Below are positions 13,409-25,900 of a stretch of DNA of 64,000 bases, piece after piece (positions within the stretch are counted from its first letter, which is position 1; each line of letters begins with the position of its first letter). The translations under genes and the position numbers were made by a program. The DNA comes from Piromyces finnis finn. Lineage: Eukaryota > Fungi > Neocallimastigomycota. The stretch is taken from contig MCFH01000009.1 in the NCBI GenBank assembly GCA_002104945.1, positions 434,001 to 498,000 of the forward strand. The letters run 5' to 3'. Below the pieces are notes generated by a model. The model saw only the letters and a list, made by a program, of their open reading frames with translations. It was not told the origin of the DNA and ran no database searches.

Positions 13409-16372
13409 TTTACTTTTCTTCCTTTTTCTTAATTTTAAAACATTATTTGACAAATTAATATATGTTTTTTAAACTAATTTATCATTCCAAATTATTATTA
13501 TTTTTTTAAATCATTATTATATTATCATACAAAATTAAAATATTTTTTAAAACTATTTTTTTTTTTTAAAAAAAAAATAACAAAAATAGCCATCAAATGA
13601 ATAATAAAAAAAAAAGCATCAATTACTTTTTAAACAAAATCTTTTGGTTGCTTATCTTTAGTAAACATGTGTTAAAAGTATTAGACCTTTTGCAATTACA
13701 AAAATGATTTTCTTTGAAGTGATATAATGTTACTTTTTTTTTATTTATTTTTATTTTAACTTTTTAATTTTTTTTTTAAACTTGGTTCTTCCACTGAATC
13801 TTTCAATCAATCTCTTTTTTACTATCTAATTATTTATTGTAGTAGTAGTTTAATATAGAGAGTTCCTTTGTTAATTTTTTTTTTTTAAATTCTATTGTGC
13901 TTTTTTTTTTTATATATATATAATTTATTTATTTTTTTAATATATTTTATTTTAAAATTAATATATGCTCAAAAATTTATAGAATTGAAGCATTTTATAT
14001 TCTGACATATATTAATAACATATAAAATTATATTAACATTATTTATGGTAATGACCTAATAAAAAATAATTTAGCTACTTTTAAAAAAATTATATTAGTA
14101 ATCCATTACCATTCATTTTAATATATATATAATATATTAGAAAGTATAGTGAAATGGAACATTATGCTTATTATTTCAAAATATAAACATATAAATTATT
14201 TTAATATATATTGAATATAAATAATTGTAAATAATAATATATATTAATATATTGATATATAATATTATTTTAAATCAAAAGTATAAAATCAAAAATTATA
14301 ATTTATTATAAATTAAAGTTATAAAAATAAAGTTTCCATAAATACTTAGTTAAATTAAATAGAATAATTAGGTCGTGATTTATATTGGTAACATTTATAT
14401 TCTTTAAATATTAAATGTATAAATAATTATAAATTAAATAAATATAATATAATTTAATTAATAGATAAATAAACATTTTTTAAATAAATAAGTTACTATT
14501 TTGAAAGGTCTATTCAATATACCCTTCAAAGTATTAAATAAGAACGATTGATATGTTTGATAAATATCAATTGTTCTTATTTAATTTTTTTTAATATCGT
14601 ATAAAGTATTCTTATTTCTTTTTATTTTATAATAGTATAATATTCCTATTTTATATATATATTTTAAAGAATAGTTAGTATGATACATATGTTTTATTAC
14701 TGTTAATTTTTAAACTTTCAAAAAAAAAAAAAAAGCACTAATTAAAAAAAGAAACATTAAATATTAATTATTTAAATATATTAATTTTTTTTTTAAAAAA
14801 AAGTACTATTATATTATAAAAAGTAGAGTCATATTATCATGAATGTTCTTTATTAAACTTTAAATTCTTTTTTTATGGTTTTATTATAAAATAAATTTTA
14901 GAATGACTAATCATGCTTTACATTTTATTATTTTATTATTACAATGATATTAATAAATATTTATATTATTTCTTTTATTTTTGTTAATATCAGAAAAGGA
15001 AAAATAAAAAAATAATATTTCTATTATATGAATGATATTAATATAAGATTAAAAAAAATTAATCGACTAATCGTTTTATTTTATATCTTTTTTAAAATAG
15101 AGAATAAAATAAAACTAATATATATATATTTAAGCTAAGCAGCTTTTTTTTTTTTAAAAAAAAAATAAAAATAAACTAAGCCATAATGATCTATTTTTTA
15201 TTTTATAGTATATTAAAATCTGGTGAAACTTTAGAATTAATGTTATATTTATATAAAATAAAAATATTATAGTATATCATCATACTACATATAATTAAAA
15301 TTAGATAATGGATTTTTTTTAATCTTTTCTAAATTAATAATAAGATGAACGTGAATAGTAATTTCTATTGTTTTAAATCAAGGTTGATAAAGTTTGGAAA
15401 TTTAAAAACTTTAAAAAAAAAATTCTATCTATGTAAATATGATTTTATGGCAATGTGATATTTTAATGGAATTGTAATTAATATTATACTTATAAATATT
15501 AATCTTGATAAAAAAAAAAAAAAGATGAATAAAAGATGAATATATATATAATTTTATGATTATAGTCATATGAAAGTACATTTACTGATATAAAAAAAAT
15601 AATGCCTACTCTTCATAAAAAAAAAAAAAGATATCTAAAGTTTTTTTATAAACATATAACAACAATGATTTAATATTATAGAAAGATTTTCATTTAAATC
15701 AATTTAAAAAGAAAAATAGTATATTAAATAATTGATATTAAATTTTATATAATATATAATAGGTATAAAATGTTTTAATGAGTTTATTTTATCTTTATTG
15801 TAAACTTTTATTGTTTAAAATAGTTTAAATAAGAAAAGTTGAAAAATGAAAAATGAAAAAAAAAAACTCGTATATTTTAACTAGACCATGTAATTTAATA
15901 CTATAAAAAATGAATAAATTTATATTACTATAGAATATTTTATACATTTTATACATACTTGATAGTCTTTCAAAAAAAAAAAAAGAAATAATTTAAAAAA
16001 CTATTATAAAAATGATAAATTCAAATATAAAAATGATAGTATTATAATATATAATAACAATAAATTATTAATAGCATAAAAAATATAATACTAAATTTTA
16101 TTTAAAATGACTTTAGGATACCTAACCAAAAATTAATTTTTTTTAAAACATATTTTCATATTTTAATTATTGTTAATATTTTTTTTTTCGTTTTTGGCTT
16201 TAGTACATTCAATCTTAATTTACATTAATTACAAATAGTATTTTTTTTTTTTTTTTTAGTTATAAATATAATTATTAAATGAATTTAAATAATTCAATAT
16301 AATATTAACTTGTTATAACTACTTGTAGTGTATTGGCGTTTTTTTTTTTTTTTTTTTTTTTTTTTATTTGAA

Positions 16373-18128
16373 TTAATTAACAAGTTCATATTCATTCCAA
16401 TCAATACTTAATAGTTGGGGTATACTTAATCCGGTTTTTTGACTTATTTCTTTTATTTTCTCCAATGTTTTCATATTTTTTGGTGTATTTTTCTTATCTT
16501 CATTTTCCTTTTTAGATAAAAGTGTTGAAAAGTCATAGGCATTAGTATTAGAAATAGGCAAATCATTTTGAATACCTTCTACTTCTTTAGATATTTCACT
16601 AATTTTTAGTCGTAATATTATACTCATGATCATAATAAATCCTATTACTAAACATGTTAATACTAAAGTTATTTTTAAATATTTATACTCTTTCATTGTA
16701 TTAATTTTCGGAATGTATTTTGGAAATATGATATCACTTTGAACTTTTTCATCATCTGCAAAATCATAATCCAAGTAACTATTTTCTTTTCTTAAATAAT
16801 TTTTAGGAGTATTAGAATATTTTCTGAAGGAATTTTGTTTTCTGTCTTTCATATTGATAGTACTGTTTCTTTTTAAAAATAAATTTGGAGAATTATTTGG
16901 TGACATGTTTATTGGTGTTGAATTAGCTCTTCTGTATTTTCTTGTACTAACTTTTTCCTTCTCATTATATATAGCATCTGGAAATCTTGCGTTTCCCTTT
17001 TTTGTAGCCTCTTTTTTATCTTCAAAATCAAAAATATCATTTTTTGATGAATTGGATGATTTTAAAACTTTTGTTTCAGGTCTTTTATTGCGTATTTCAT
17101 TACTATTCAAATGCTTTCTTATTAATAAACTCGCTCTATGATTTTTCTTTGAATTATAAGAAAAAAAAAAAGGAAAATAAAAAAGAGAAAGAATTATTAA
17201 TTATTAAAATGATATAAAAAATATGAAATATATATAAAAAAGAATATATATATTTTTATTATTTTTAAACACTTTTTTTTTTTTTCTTAATTATTATTAT
17301 TATTATTATTAAACTATGTAATTGTTATTGTGACAATTTTATTCTTTATACAATTAAATATTTTAATTACTTTATAATCATTCCATATTTCAATTAATTG
17401 TGCATAGACGGAATCACGATTAATAAATGAGAGCATGAAATAACTTTCACCAGTTTTTGTATCTATTTGTATTGCATTTGGTACTACTAAAGCTGCATTC
17501 TTTTTTGTAACACTTTTAACTTTTGAAAGGGGTATGACAACCTTGAAATATGTATATAGATAAATAAAAATTTTAAAATTTTATTTATTCATATTAATGT
17601 AAAAGTAAATTTTAAAATTGAAATTTAACATTTCAAAATTATTATTTGAAATTTTATAAAAAGGTTTAAAATATATTTACCTTGTGAATAAACCCAACTA
17701 CATTACTATAGTAGCAAAAATAATTTTTGGAAACATATAGAAAACCTTGTAGTAATAATATATCTCTTTGAAGAGCACATGAATATCCTTTTTTAATAAA
17801 TTAAAATTATATAATAAAATTATTAAAAAAAAAAAGGTTATTATGGGCCTTTCAATCTATAATTACTAAAATTTTTTTTTTTTTCGCTCTTTTCTTTCCA
17901 AGCTATTTTTTTTAAACCTTTTCGATTTTTCATTGTTATAATAATTTATTTTTAAAGGCAATAATTAAAATGATATTAATAATGAATTTTAAACTAACTT
18001 TCAATTAATACTTCATTATTTGGAATTCCACTTTTGCGAAAAGCTTTTGGAAAACTTTTATTTTGATTTGGTGTATCAGAATCAATTGAAGATGAGCTTA
18101 CATTATTATTGTTATGTATTTCTGACAT
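16373..18128 (-). CDS. GRAM-domain protein with C-terminal TM helix (GRAMD2/Lam-like, no VASt domain seen), ~393 aa, 4 exons
   Basis: Exons 18128-17999, 17787-17681, 17541-17371, 17146-16373 splice in frame. They give YSCALQRDILLLQGFLYVSKNYFCYYSNVVGF and IPLSKVKSVTKKNAALVVPNAIQI...SFINRDSVY (GRAM signature) plus TM ITLVLTCLVIGFIMIMSIIL. Confidence 0.85.
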
Positions 18129-18964
18129 TATTATATTGCTAAGAACTTGATAATAGTTTGTTTAGATATAAAATGAACTTTTTATTTTTAGGTTATTCTT
18201 TGTTATTTCAAAAATTATTATTATTCTTTTTTTTTTTTTTTTTTTTAATAATTAATATATTTGAAATTATGAAATTGTATTTCAAATTTTTTTTTTTTTA
18301 TTTTTATATATATTTAAGGCATTTGTTTTTACTATTAAATATTATTTTATTATTACATTTCTTTAATGCCTACAATAAATTTGAAGTTTTTTTTTTTTTT
18401 TATTTACTCATAATTTTTATTTTACGAGTTATTTTAAAATATATTAATTAAAATTAAATTAATATTTTTTTTTAATAATAAGAAAATAAAAAAAAAAATG
18501 AAACAAATTTTATTTTTTACTATTATTATAAATTTTTTTTTTTAAAATGAAAATATATTTATGTAATTAAACTTTTTTTTTTTTCCTTTATGAATTGGAT
18601 TCATTTTGTGGTCTTGGTTAATTTTAAAGTAAAATTTTTAAATTAGTTATTCTCTCTCTCTTTTTTTTTTTTTTAAAAAATTAATAAAATTATTATTATA
18701 CAAAGAGATAATATACTATTTATTCATATATTTCATATAATTGGATCATCTATATATGAATATAGAATATAGAATATATAAACCAAACAATATTACTCTT
18801 ATTATTTTCTTTTTTTTTTTTTTTTTTTTAAAGATTTCTAATGTATTAAAACAAACTTTACCAACTTTATCTTTTATTAATTAAAAATAATTAATAAATG
18901 ATTAATAAAAAAAAAAAAGTTTCTCGATGGAATAAGCTTCCCATTTTTTTTTTGTTTTAAATAA

Positions 18965-19130
<166 letters not shown>

Positions 19131-19623
19131 CAATACTCTTAATCCATCATCTAGATAATAAAAATTGTAAATATAGGCATTTCAATCTTTTTCATTCTTT
19201 ATTATTATGATTTTTTATTTTATATATATATATTTTTTTTAATTCAAAATAAAATATTAAAGATTAATGAATTTTTAACCATTACTTCTTTAAAAAGTTA
19301 TTATTGATTAAAAAGAAATAAATTAATAAAAAACAGGAATAAAAAATTATTGATTATTTAATTATATAAGCTATATAAATAAATATAATAATTTAGTTTA
19401 TTATTTAAAAATTATCTAAAATATATTATAAGAACATTGTAACTAAATATTAAAAAAAAAAAAAAAAAAGATAGTTGTATAAAATAAATTTTAAAAAATT
19501 AAAGATTTTTTTTTTTTTAGTTTTAGTTTGTTCGTTCGTTCGTTTGGTTGTTATTTCTATTTTGTTTAATTTTTTTTTTTTTTAATTATTAAATATTTTT
19601 TTTTTTTTTTGAATTTTTTGATT

Positions 19624-21243
19624 TTATTCTGATTTTTTGGCCTTGGCCTTGAGTTGTTGTTGAGCTTTTGATGAGAAAAGAGAGTATAATAAAATACCAA
19701 CAACAACAACAACACAAGAAGCAACCTTTGGTCTAGTGAAACATTGACTAGCATCATCACGACAGTAGAGAGCAGAACTAAGGAAGAATACAGAAACAGC
19801 ACGAATGGAGTTAATAACACCTATTTATCACATAATATAAAATATTTAAAATAAAAATATTAATATTTTAAAATAAATTTGATTTCTTGTTCATCCATTT
19901 ATTTTTCATAGGATTTTAAAATTTACCAGTAGTGACTGCACCACTCTTTCCTAATAAAACAAAGTAGGTGTAGGAGTGAAGGAAGTGAGATAAAACTAAA
20001 GAGGTCTATTGATTTTATTAATAAATAATTAAAAAGTTAAATATATATATTATATCTATTTTTTCTATTATATTAATACTTACGTAAGCTAAAATAATGT
20101 TGACAGCTGGTGAGTTCTTATATAATGGTGCATTGGCCATGGAAGTTTTCATATCTAATTGTGGGAAAACAAAGAATAAAATGTAAATGAAGGTAATTGC
20201 AGCTGAGCAAGTACCAACCCAGACACTGTGTTGAGTTGGAGTTGGACCTTCTTCATCCTTAAGAATTCTTTCGTTTAAGACATAAATAATGGCGTCTATT
20301 ATTATTGGAAATAAAATAATTATAAATATTTGTTTTAACCATAATGCATATTGTTTATATAAAACTTACAGCAAATGGTTCCGAAAACAGTAATGGAAAT
20401 ACCAATAGTACCCATAACACCAGTAGCATTACTACTACGACCAATAGCACTTAAGGATAAACCAGAGGTAATGATCTATTTTATTTAGTTTATTAAATAT
20501 ATTAATACAAGAAAATAATTATTTTTATATATTAATACTGATAATTTATGCTGAAAAAAAAGAATTTTTATATTTTTCTTTTTACCAATAAAGAGAGCCA
20601 TTGTTGTGGTGTAAATTGCTTCTTTAAGAAGAAACGAGAGAAGAGAGCAGTGAAAACTACAACAGCAGAGTGAATTACTTGGTAAATACCAGAACCAATT
20701 AAGAACATACCGAATGTAGAAATAACGTTAGCGAAGATATCAATTAAGGAAATCTGTATAGAATTAATAATATATTGATTAAAATAATGAGTATTAATAA
20801 GTATTCCTATTTAAAATTCTATAAAATAAGCTTTATAATTAAAAATTTATTATGTTTTATTTTTGTGATAATTTAATGTAATACAAAAAAAATTTTAATA
20901 AAAAAAATTGGTATTTATTCGGAGTATTGTGACTTACAATAACGATATTTTTTTTAATATGAGTTGGCTTAGAAAAAAATGAGACTTTAGCTTTTTTACT
21001 GTCATCCTTTACTGGAATGAAAACAGAAAGTGTCATAGCAAAGTATTGAGCTAAAACAGTTAAGTAGGTTTTCTTTTCTTTTTATTTTGTAAAATTAAAT
21101 ATTTGATAATGATGGAATTTATATTTTAGTAATGTTTATTATATATATTAAACATTTTTGTTATTTAAACAACTATATCTATATACTATATACTATATAC
21201 CTGCAGCACCAGCATAGAATAAGTATTGCTTTTTTTTTTTTTT

Positions 21244-21276
<33 letters not shown>

Positions 21277-21423
21277 TTTGAATAAATTAATATTTCTTGA
21301 TTAAAATATTAATAAATTATCCTGTAAATTAATTTAAAATTATTTTGTAAATACCGTTATCATGGTTGATAAACAACCAGTTGCTAAATAAATAAATTGA
21401 TAAACTAATGTTTTGAATTCCAT
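19624..21423 (-). CDS. DMT-superfamily / nucleotide-sugar-transporter-like (SLC35-like) membrane protein, 8 exons
   Basis: ATG 21423 (MEFKTLVYQFIYLATGCLSTM); GT-AG exons give GSGIYQVIHSAVVVFTALFSRFFLKKQFTPQQWLSL and GVINSIRAVSVFFLSSALYC..SQCFT..VVVVGILLYS; stop at 19626-19624. Confidence 0.8.
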
Positions 21424-22909
21424 GTTTGCTATTTTGTCCTTTTATTGTTGATTAATATTGAATGATATTAAAATTATTATATTTTTTTATTTAAATAATT
21501 TGATATATTTTTTAAGAAAAAGTAAAATAGAATAAATATTATTAATTTTTCATTTAATTTTTTAATGTATAATTTTTTGCAAATCTATTTTTAAAATGTA
21601 TTTAAATATTTTACCTGTCTTTATCTTGATTTTAAAATTATTTAATTTACCGTTTTTATACTTTATAATTTTATAAAGTGTAATAACGAAATTATATTAA
21701 ATAAATATTTATTATTTGATTTATTATTTTATTTGTTTTCTCTTTGCAATAAATGGAAAGAAAAAACACAATATTTTATTTAAAAGTAGATAATATATTT
21801 TAGATAATTCTATCTATATTTTCTAATTAGTTTAATTTTTTTAATGTTATTAAATTTTATTTTAATATAAAGAGAAAAAAAAAAGTTGAATATTATTCCT
21901 TCTTTTTATATTCATCCTCTCCTTATTTAAGTTTTTTTTAAAAAGAAATTTGATTTTATTAAATAATAAATTTAAAATTTATATTATATTATATTATAAT
22001 ATATCATTTTATATATTAAAGTAATAAATTCAAGTTTTAAATCGTCTGAATTAAAACTTACTATAAAAGTAAATACTTTAATTTCATTGTAGTACAATAT
22101 TTTTTTAATTAAAATTATTGACCTTTTTATTTTATATAATAGGAAAATAAAAATGATTTAATAAATGCTACTTAGAATGTGGCGCATTAGATTTACAATA
22201 ATAAACTTATAAATATGTGGCGGCCAATAATATAATTCCATGGTTCAATTAACAATATATGTTCACATGATCATTGTGGTATTCTCATGATTACTATAAA
22301 TCTATATAACTGTAGAATTGAAATATTAAACTCATATACGTAAATAAAATAATGTAATGTACAATTTTTAAGGATTTTATTATTTTATTACATTATCTTT
22401 TTTTAAAAAAAATAACTCATTTTAAAAATATAAAAATTGTTTTGAAAAAAAAAAAAGAAAATATTTTTTTAAAATATATTTTAAATATAAACCAATCAAA
22501 TATAAAATATATATAATACATATTATAAATTAAATGCCTAATTATTTTTTTTTATCAAAAGTTTATGGTTATATAAATGAATTGAATAGAAAGAAAAACA
22601 TATTAGAATTAAATTAAAAAAAATACAAAACCAAATTATCCATTCAACCTATTCTTTATTATTACATATATATATTACATATAAATATAAATATATATAA
22701 CATAATAAAGTTTTTAATACAATATTTAATTTGAAATAAATATTTATATAGAAATGTTAAAGTGTATATACACTTTATAAAAAAATTTTTATTTAAAGTG
22801 TTGTTAATGAACTGAAATTTCATTCATAATATAGTATTTTTCAAGACGGAGTAATATTAAAAATAAATCATATTTTAATAATTTTTGGTATATAGAAAAA
22901 GTAAATTTC

Positions 22910-25900
22910 ATGCCAAATTCATTATTTCCTGACAATACATTTCCGGATTCAACGGAATTTCCTTTTTCTATCGATTTTGGAAAATATGGAAATGTTATAT
23001 ATGATAATACTGTAAAAGAACATTATAATCATTTCTCATTAAATATAGACCATAAATTAGACAAAGGTAAATTTAAATTATAATTTTTAAAATTTCATTT
23101 AATTTCACTTTTTTTTTTTTTTTTTTTTTACTTAATATCTATTCATACGTATAAAATATTACTTATTATTGTCATTTTTTTTTTTTTTTTTATATTTTTC
23201 CTTTTATTTTTATTAATTCATTTATTATCATTATATGGTATATATATAAAATTTTAGAAATAAAATATAAAAGTAAAATAGAAAATATTCGACCTCCAGA
23301 AAAAATATATAAACCATGTATAAAACGTATATCAAAAAATGTTTCCGAAAATAAGACTTTACAGGTATATTTTTATTATTATAACGTTAAAAAATATATA
23401 TATACGATAAAGTAGAGTGTTTATTTATTTATCTGATAATATTTATACATATTAGAAAAATTATTTTATAAACAATTATGGAAATGAATATGTACCAGAC
23501 AAATTGATTGAAACAGATACTCAAAATAATGTGTTTGATTTATATCAAGGAAATGTATTCCAACATTTTTCATTAACAAAGAATCAGGATTACATCATTT
23601 TTCCTTCAAATGAAATTACATCAGATTTATGTAAATTTTAAATAATTAATATTTTACATTTCAATTTATTTACGTTTTTATACTAATTTTTAAATTATAT
23701 TAAACAAATATATATTTAAAATAATTCTTTTACATTCTTAATAAAACTCAAAAATATATTTCTATATATAATATTTATATTTGTATTACTATTTTAATAC
23801 AGCTATTATACCAATATCAAGAAAATATAAAAATTCATTAAATACATCCCTAAATTTAAATAAAACCACACTTGTCCCATTATTAACACCAATAAAACAA
23901 ATAACTAAACCACATATTATAAATACGGATGAATTTTTATTATCAGTGAGACAACAATCAAAAATCAAAATTTTAAAGTTTTGTCCTAACAATACTCAAA
24001 TAGATGATGACATTAATGAAGAAATATCAGAAAATAATAAAAATTCCAATAAACCGGATTTTAAATACCAAAATATTAAGGAATTAGAATTAGATAATTA
24101 CAAGTATTTTTGTCATATAACCCAAAATTCCTATATACCCGATGAGTTTTTAACTTTAGATAATAATAATTCAGTAAATTTATATAATTTAGAATTAGAT
24201 GAGTGAGTAAAATAAATATAATGAATAAATCAATTCACTTACATAAACTTATACAATAATATTAAAATATTATAAAATATATTATATATTTCTTTGAATT
24301 TTAAAAATCCTAAAGATTAAATACTATATATTCAGGAGATAAATATAGAAAATTTTTATTTAACCGATGTGACTATCTAAACCATCCAAAATTAGCATCC
24401 TACATAAATTCTTCAAAACTAAAACTTTTAGATTTAAGAGTAAAAAAAATTTTTTTCATATATTTATCGCAATCTTATTTTATTAAAACACAATCTTAAT
24501 AATCAATTTAATAAATTTATATATTAATATTATAAATAATGATTTTTTATAAAAATAATAGAAAAAGACAAAAGCAAATACAATATATTCATTAATTAAT
24601 GATCAATTTACAGCTTATTCACCACATCCAACCATTTTAAATCAAATTGTAGCTTCAACAAGTAATCATTTAATGTTATTTGATATTAGATATTCAAAAA
24701 AAGCTATGTTAAGATGGAATCATCATCAAAATCAATATTATCCAACTGAAATTAGTATAATACCATTTAGTCAAAAATATACAGATTTTTCATCAGGTAA
24801 ACTGAAAAAAAAAAAAATTCTTTATAGGTATTAAAAAGTATATTTTTTTACTTTTGAATGCTAATTTTTTTATGTATCTTATATATAATATTAATTGTTA
24901 TCTATAAAAGATATTATTATGACATGGAATCAATACAACATTATATCAGCCTATTGTTATGACCCAATAAATATAAAACAAAGTAATACTGATACTACAG
25001 TTATGCCACCATCATTATCAAACTTTGGAACACGTATTGAAAGTTATCCAATAGAACATAAACCAACTAAAATACTGGAAATTAATGAAAATATTTCTTT
25101 ATCTAGTAATTCAAATGTTTTTTATCCGCAAAAATCATATCTAAAAGGGTTGGATTATTCCATATTTATGTTTGATACCAAAGAAGATATTTTAAAAAAG
25201 GAAACCACTTATAATAATCAAGTTGGTATCAAGGTTTTCCAATATTGTGATAATGAAGAAATTTATTATACTACTGTTAAATTTTCACAATCTTCGAAAA
25301 AAAGGATATACAATAGTGGTGTTAATGATAAATTTGCTTCAAAAATTGAAGAGTTAATACATCATCCAATTACCTTGTCATTACCTGAAATAAATTCAAA
25401 CTCAAAAAAATATAATAAATTAAAGAATAAACTAAGAAAAAAATTAATTAAATTATTGGATGGAATGGAAGTCGGTCAAAATATTAAAACTAGAGCATTA
25501 CGTAGATTTGAAAAATTAAGTGACATTTCCTTCTTTGACATCAAAAAATTAAATCATAAAAAGTTAAAAAAACATGGAAAATTGGTAATTGAAACAAAAA
25601 AAATAAAGGATAAATCAAATAGAGACGTTAATCAGAAATATAGTATTATTAGTCATTCACGTTATAATATTCATCCTCTCAATAAATATTTAAATGAGAT
25701 GAAAGCTTTCAATATAATAAATTTGTCAAATGTTTATCGCTACATGGTTTATGAAACGCGTATGTCATTAAAAAGTGAAGCTATTCATGGTCATATTCAT
25801 ATGACGAAGAAAAAAATTATGAATTTTATGGAAGATTCTACCTCACTGGTAGAATGCAATCAAAAAATTAAATCTTTATATGAAATTCATAAAAGATTAT

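Noticed and set aside
13191-13445. ATATCCTTTA at 13191 with a downstream TTCTTAAT...AC; similar ATATCCTTT at 10649 and 12405 (minus)
   Set aside because: No flanking coding exons or frame support; the motif arises by chance in AT-rich DNA. Only cases that restore a conserved protein were accepted.
17783-17794. ATATCCTTTTTT on the plus strand, resembling a U12 AT-AC donor
   Set aside because: It is the reverse complement of the GRAM exon-2 acceptor; there is no plus-strand gene here.
18158-18451. Hydrophobic F/L/I/Y-rich ORFs (also 30971, 32605, 35236, 38157, 53226)
   Set aside because: Translations of T-rich intergenic or intronic sequence.
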